From: a virus
Virus record (IMG/VR): IMGVR_UViG_3300025933_000001
Coordinates: 1 to 64,000 of that record
Length of the DNA stretch: 64,000 nucleotides
Reading direction: 5' to 3' (one strand)
This document shows, in pieces, positions 62,427 through 64,000 of the stretch. Every line of letters begins with the position of its first letter. The first letter of the stretch is position 1. Made by a program: the position numbers and the translations under genes. The notes beneath the pieces are model-generated. The model ran no database searches. It saw only the letters and a program-made list of their open reading frames with translations, and had not been told where the DNA came from.

Positions 62427-63147
62427 ACTCAAATGTTACACGGGTGGAAGAGGAGGGGGTAAGTCGATAGCTAAGGATATTGCAAGAGCTAAAGCTTATC
62501 TCGACAGCACTCGTGAGGAGTTTCGTAAGAATGTAGAAGCTGCTAAGAAGCATATTGTAGAGGAAGGAGGGGCTTTGTGTGGGCCTGTGGCTTCTAAAGA
62601 ACCTTGGTTAGTACCCGGAGTACCTTGGGCCTCTGAAGCCGCCTTCTGGGGATGGGTACGAGGTGTGCTACGTAAAGGTTGGAGTCGTCACCCTGTCAAA
62701 ACTGAATATATTAAGAATAACCGTAAGAAGATTAAGAACCCTAAACCAAGTAAACGCTTTCCAGAGGTATGGGGAATGACTTGTGCAATCTGTGAGAAAG
62801 ATACTGTACAATCTGAAATAGAGATTGACCATATATCAGACACAGGAGGTACGTTTAGAGGCTTAGAAGATGTAAGAAACTATGTAGCTTACTTATACTT
62901 GATTGACTTCGACAGTCTTCGTTGCTTGTGTAAGACATGTCACAAAATCGTCAATTACGCGCAAGCTGAAGGTTTATCTTTCGACGAAGCTAAAGCTGTT
63001 AAGGAAGCGTTGGAGTTCCTTAAGAAAGATAAGAAGATAGTGATTGACTATCTTGCTAAAATGAATTACAATGGTAGCTCTGTAAGTAATGCAGATAAGC
63101 GTAGGGAGCTTGTGATTGAGTTATTTAAGAAAGGAGAAAGACCGTGA
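62407..63147 (+). CDS. HNH endonuclease of the replication module
   Basis: WVRGVLRKGWSRHPVK, CAIC, EIDH, LRCLCKTCH. Confidence 0.8.
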   Translation: MNSKGNELKCYTGGRGGGKSIAKDIARAKAYLDSTREEFRKNVEAAKKHIVEEGGALCGPVASKEPWLVPGVPWASEAAFWGWVRGVLRKGWSRHPVKTEYIKNNRKKIKNPKPSKRFPEVWGMTCAICEKDTVQSEIEIDHISDTGGTFRGLEDVRNYVAYLYLIDFDSLRCLCKTCHKIVNYAQAEGLSFDEAKAVKEALEFLKKDKKIVIDYLAKMNYNGSSVSNADKRRELVIELFKKGERP

Positions 63148-63190
63148 AAGAAGAACTTAATAAGCTAGAAGGACAACTGAGGGAGATGGA

Positions 63191-64000
63191 ATGAAGAATA
63201 TTGATTGGCACAGTGACGCGATTCGATTGGCAGAGACAGGTGTACTCTCTTGGCGTGGAATAGCTAAAGCACTAAATGTACCTAAGAGTTCTGTTTCTGA
63301 CCTACTCCGTAACTATTACAAGTGGAAGAAGGAAGAGTGTGTTGCAGAATCAGTTAAAGAGGATACTATCTTCAGCATCGAAACTTCTAAAGATGTGGAA
63401 GGACCAGTACACCTGTTCATTCCTGATTCACAAGTCAAGCCGGGAGTTGATCTTTCTTATCTTGACTGGATTGGTCAATATATTGTACGTAAGAAGCCTG
63501 ATGTGATTGTTCATGCTGGAGACTTCGGGGACATGTCTTCTTTGAGCAGCTATGATAAAGGCAAGCGCACTGCTGAAGGTAAGCGAGTTAACGAAGATAT
63601 TGCCGTAGCTATCGAAGGTATGAAACGATTGTTAAAGCCTTTGTACGAACTACAACAACAGGAACTCAAGCAGCTTGGTAAGATTTTATACAAACCTCGT
63701 CTAGTTATTACTTTAGGAAATCATGAGTATCGTATAGACAGGTATGTAGATGCTAATCCTGAGTTACATGGATTTCTTAGTACAGGCGATTTGAAATTTG
63801 CTGAGATGGGATGGGAAGTCTACCCCTTTCTCACTCCTGTCGTGATTAACAAGATTTCTTACTGTCACTATTACCCTAATGTGATGACAGGGAAGCCTTT
63901 GTCTGGAACAGCAGCAAACATGCTTAAAACTCTTGGTACGAGTTTTACCATGGGCCACCGTCAAACTCTAGACATAGCTACACGTTTCTTACAGACTACG
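63191..64000 (+). CDS. calcineurin-like metallophosphoesterase with N-terminal HTH (partial, runs off window)
   Basis: SWRGIAKALNVPKSSVSDLLR HTH; IPDSQ, AGDFGD, LGNHE, MGH motifs; absent from the ORF track because it has no stop in the window. Confidence 0.85.
   Translation, partial: MKNIDWHSDAIRLAETGVLSWRGIAKALNVPKSSVSDLLRNYYKWKKEECVAESVKEDTIFSIETSKDVEGPVHLFIPDSQVKPGVDLSYLDWIGQYIVRKKPDVIVHAGDFGDMSSLSSYDKGKRTAEGKRVNEDIAVAIEGMKRLLKPLYELQQQELKQLGKILYKPRLVITLGNHEYRIDRYVDANPELHGFLSTGDLKFAEMGWEVYPFLTPVVINKISYCHYYPNVMTGKPLSGTAANMLKTLGTSFTMGHRQTLDIATRFLQTT

Noticed and set aside
63276-63964. ORF-track entries 63276..63506 (+) and 63764..63964 (-)
   Set aside because: Both lie inside the metallophosphoesterase frame that starts at 63191

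Overview
This is a 64-kb slice of a tailed dsDNA phage genome (Caudoviricetes). It is AT-rich, densely packed and lytic in style, with no bacterial housekeeping operons. From left to right: (i) 1-16.1 kb, minus strand: a head morphogenesis module (TerL, DUF935-type portal, S49 protease, scaffold, decoration protein, major capsid E, head-tail adaptor and closure proteins). A 7-gene accessory cassette sits between the head-closure and putative neck genes; it includes a LamG/22-aa-repeat protein, a duplicated 125-aa module and an M14 carboxypeptidase-Kelch fusion. (ii) 16.2-17.7 kb: a promoter-headed, mostly non-coding cluster holding one atypical tRNA-Trp(CCA), two tRNA mimics with no normal anticodon arm, and a ~195-nt CCA-ended structured RNA candidate. 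This cluster is the best candidate for an undescribed system. (iii) 18-26.5 kb, plus strand: PhoH, a ClpP-like protease, a DNA methyltransferase, a deaminase, small ORFs and an HNH nuclease. (iv) 26.6-37.2 kb: a serine recombinase, an origin-like region with DnaA boxes and inverted repeats, then small early-type genes behind repeated sigma70 promoter cassettes; this may be the terminal repeat. (v) 38.8-64 kb, plus strand: an HD hydrolase, a 699-aa lipoprotein moron, ThyX, a T7-type primase-helicase, a family A DNA polymerase, SSB, a 5'-3' exonuclease, HNH nucleases and a metallophosphoesterase. All protein family calls come from motif recognition by eye and all RNA pairings were traced by hand. 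No searches or folding programs were run.
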